Shown here: one piece after another, positions 63,414 to 64,000 of the stretch
Layout of the letters: every line of letters starts with the position of its first letter
How positions within the stretch are numbered: position 1 is the first letter of the stretch
DNA from: a virus
DNA: 64,000 bases
IMG/VR virus record: IMGVR_UViG_2974521666_000001
Reading direction: 5' to 3' (one strand)
Translations under genes and position numbers: made by a program
The notes under the pieces: model-generated
The model's input: only the letters and a program-made list of their open reading frames with translations
What the model was told of the DNA's origin: nothing
The model's database searches: none

Positions 63414-63544
63414 CGTATGCTCGTGCAGCACTATGGTTCTGGGTGCTGGCAACAGTGGCGTGGACCCTGTTGCTGGCACCCAGCCTGCTATGGTGGAATG
63501 AGAATGCGGGCCGAGAAGCGAGAGTCCGAGGAAAAGGACGATGA
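63410..63544 (+). CDS. small membrane protein (44 aa), not in ORF track
   Basis: ATGA coupling at both ends. Hydrophobic ALWFWVLATVAWTLLLAPSLLWW. Confidence 0.4.
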   Translation: MTYARAALWFWVLATVAWTLLLAPSLLWWNENAGREARVRGKGR

Positions 63545-63876
63545 GTAACAACGAGATTCGGAAATGCCACAGCTGTGGTAATCCTCGTGACAATGCCAGT
63601 CACGAAACCCTATGCCCTGTATGCTTAGTGGACGGCAAGGGAGCAGAGGTCCATGAAGCCGTGTGCGAAAACTTCGTGGGCAAACGGGAGTGGGGCATAG
63701 GGCCAGTAGAGCCCTGGAGGCGTTGCGTCAACTGTGGTTGGCCCAAGGCGCAGCACGTATTGCCTAGCTGCACAGGTGGACTGACACTTGGCGGCCTGTT
63801 CTACCCCTGTGAACTCAATGCGCCACATGATGGCTGGGGCCACAGCAACAGGGAGGCGCAGGCAATATGGCAGTAG
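63541..63876 (+). CDS. Cys-rich (zinc-binding-like) protein (111 aa)
   Basis: Contains CHSC, CPVC, CVNC and C..C pairs. Confidence 0.55.
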   Translation: MSNNEIRKCHSCGNPRDNASHETLCPVCLVDGKGAEVHEAVCENFVGKREWGIGPVEPWRRCVNCGWPKAQHVLPSCTGGLTLGGLFYPCELNAPHDGWGHSNREAQAIWQ

Positions 63877-63911
63877 AGCCGTGGCTCTGAACATCAAAGG
63901 TGTTGAGTTAG

Positions 63912-64000
63912 ATGATGAATCGCAAGTGCCGTCGCGAGCACCAGAAGCACTGGAAGACTAAGACAATCAGCGACAACCGCCGGCTGGTAGTCTGTGGCCT
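63912..64000 (+). CDS. hypothetical protein, 3' end outside window
   Basis: ATG after an AAAGGTG RBS. The frame stays open to the window end (MMNRKCRREHQKHWKTKTISDNRRLVVCG..). Confidence 0.35.
   Translation, partial: MMNRKCRREHQKHWKTKTISDNRRLVVCG

Overview
This window looks like most of the genome of a roughly 58-60% GC, siphovirus-type actinobacteriophage. Every credible gene is on the + strand, and the long antisense ORFs in the track look like high-GC artefacts. A cutinase-type lysin B next to lysin A points to a mycolic-acid-containing host (Mycobacterium, Gordonia or Rhodococcus-like).

Layout:
- 1-29.4 kb: virion and lysis genes. These are a MuF-like protein cut by the window edge, scaffold, capsid, connectors, major tail protein, tail chaperones with an apparent +1 shift, an 1851-aa tape measure, five minor tail proteins, lysin A, three membrane proteins, lysin B and an NrdH-like glutaredoxin.
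- 29.4-30.3 kb: ORF-free junction with a terminator, tandem repeats and competing hairpins.
- 30.3-38.4 kb: block of about 25 small genes.
- 38.5-64 kb: DNA-metabolism genes. These are an O-methyltransferase, SNF2 helicase, RecB/Cas4-like exonuclease, AAA ATPase, SSB-like protein, DnaE split in two by a small nuclease-like gene, a ThyA-family enzyme, an SPFH protein, a deoxyribosyltransferase-like protein, RuvC-like, MazG-like and GIY-YIG-like proteins, a prim-pol/SF3 helicase, a DUF3310-like protein and a C5-MTase-like protein.

I saw no integrase, repressor, CRISPR array, rRNA or canonical tRNA.

Main discovery candidate: 15 copies (14 in a row between 31.0 and 38.4 kb) of a roughly 40-nt tRNA-like acceptor/T-arm minihelix. 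Each has a canonical T-loop, an invariant GG in the linker and extensive compensatory stem changes. Each starts 6-15 nt after a stop codon (44 nt for one expanded copy). Within the array each copy is followed by a second hairpin, and 13 of the 14 array copies are then followed by a frame-independent AGAGGATGG start-associated motif. This looks like a tRNA-punctuation-type or tRNA-mimic system that I cannot match to anything described.

Secondary candidates:
- A 1.16-kb ORF-free, heavily base-paired region at 42989-44151.
- CCATCCTC anti-motifs complementary to the start-associated motif.
- Repeated CCCAGGTCAGGG sites around the primase gene.
- The split dnaE.

All functional calls rest on motifs read by eye. 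No database search was possible.
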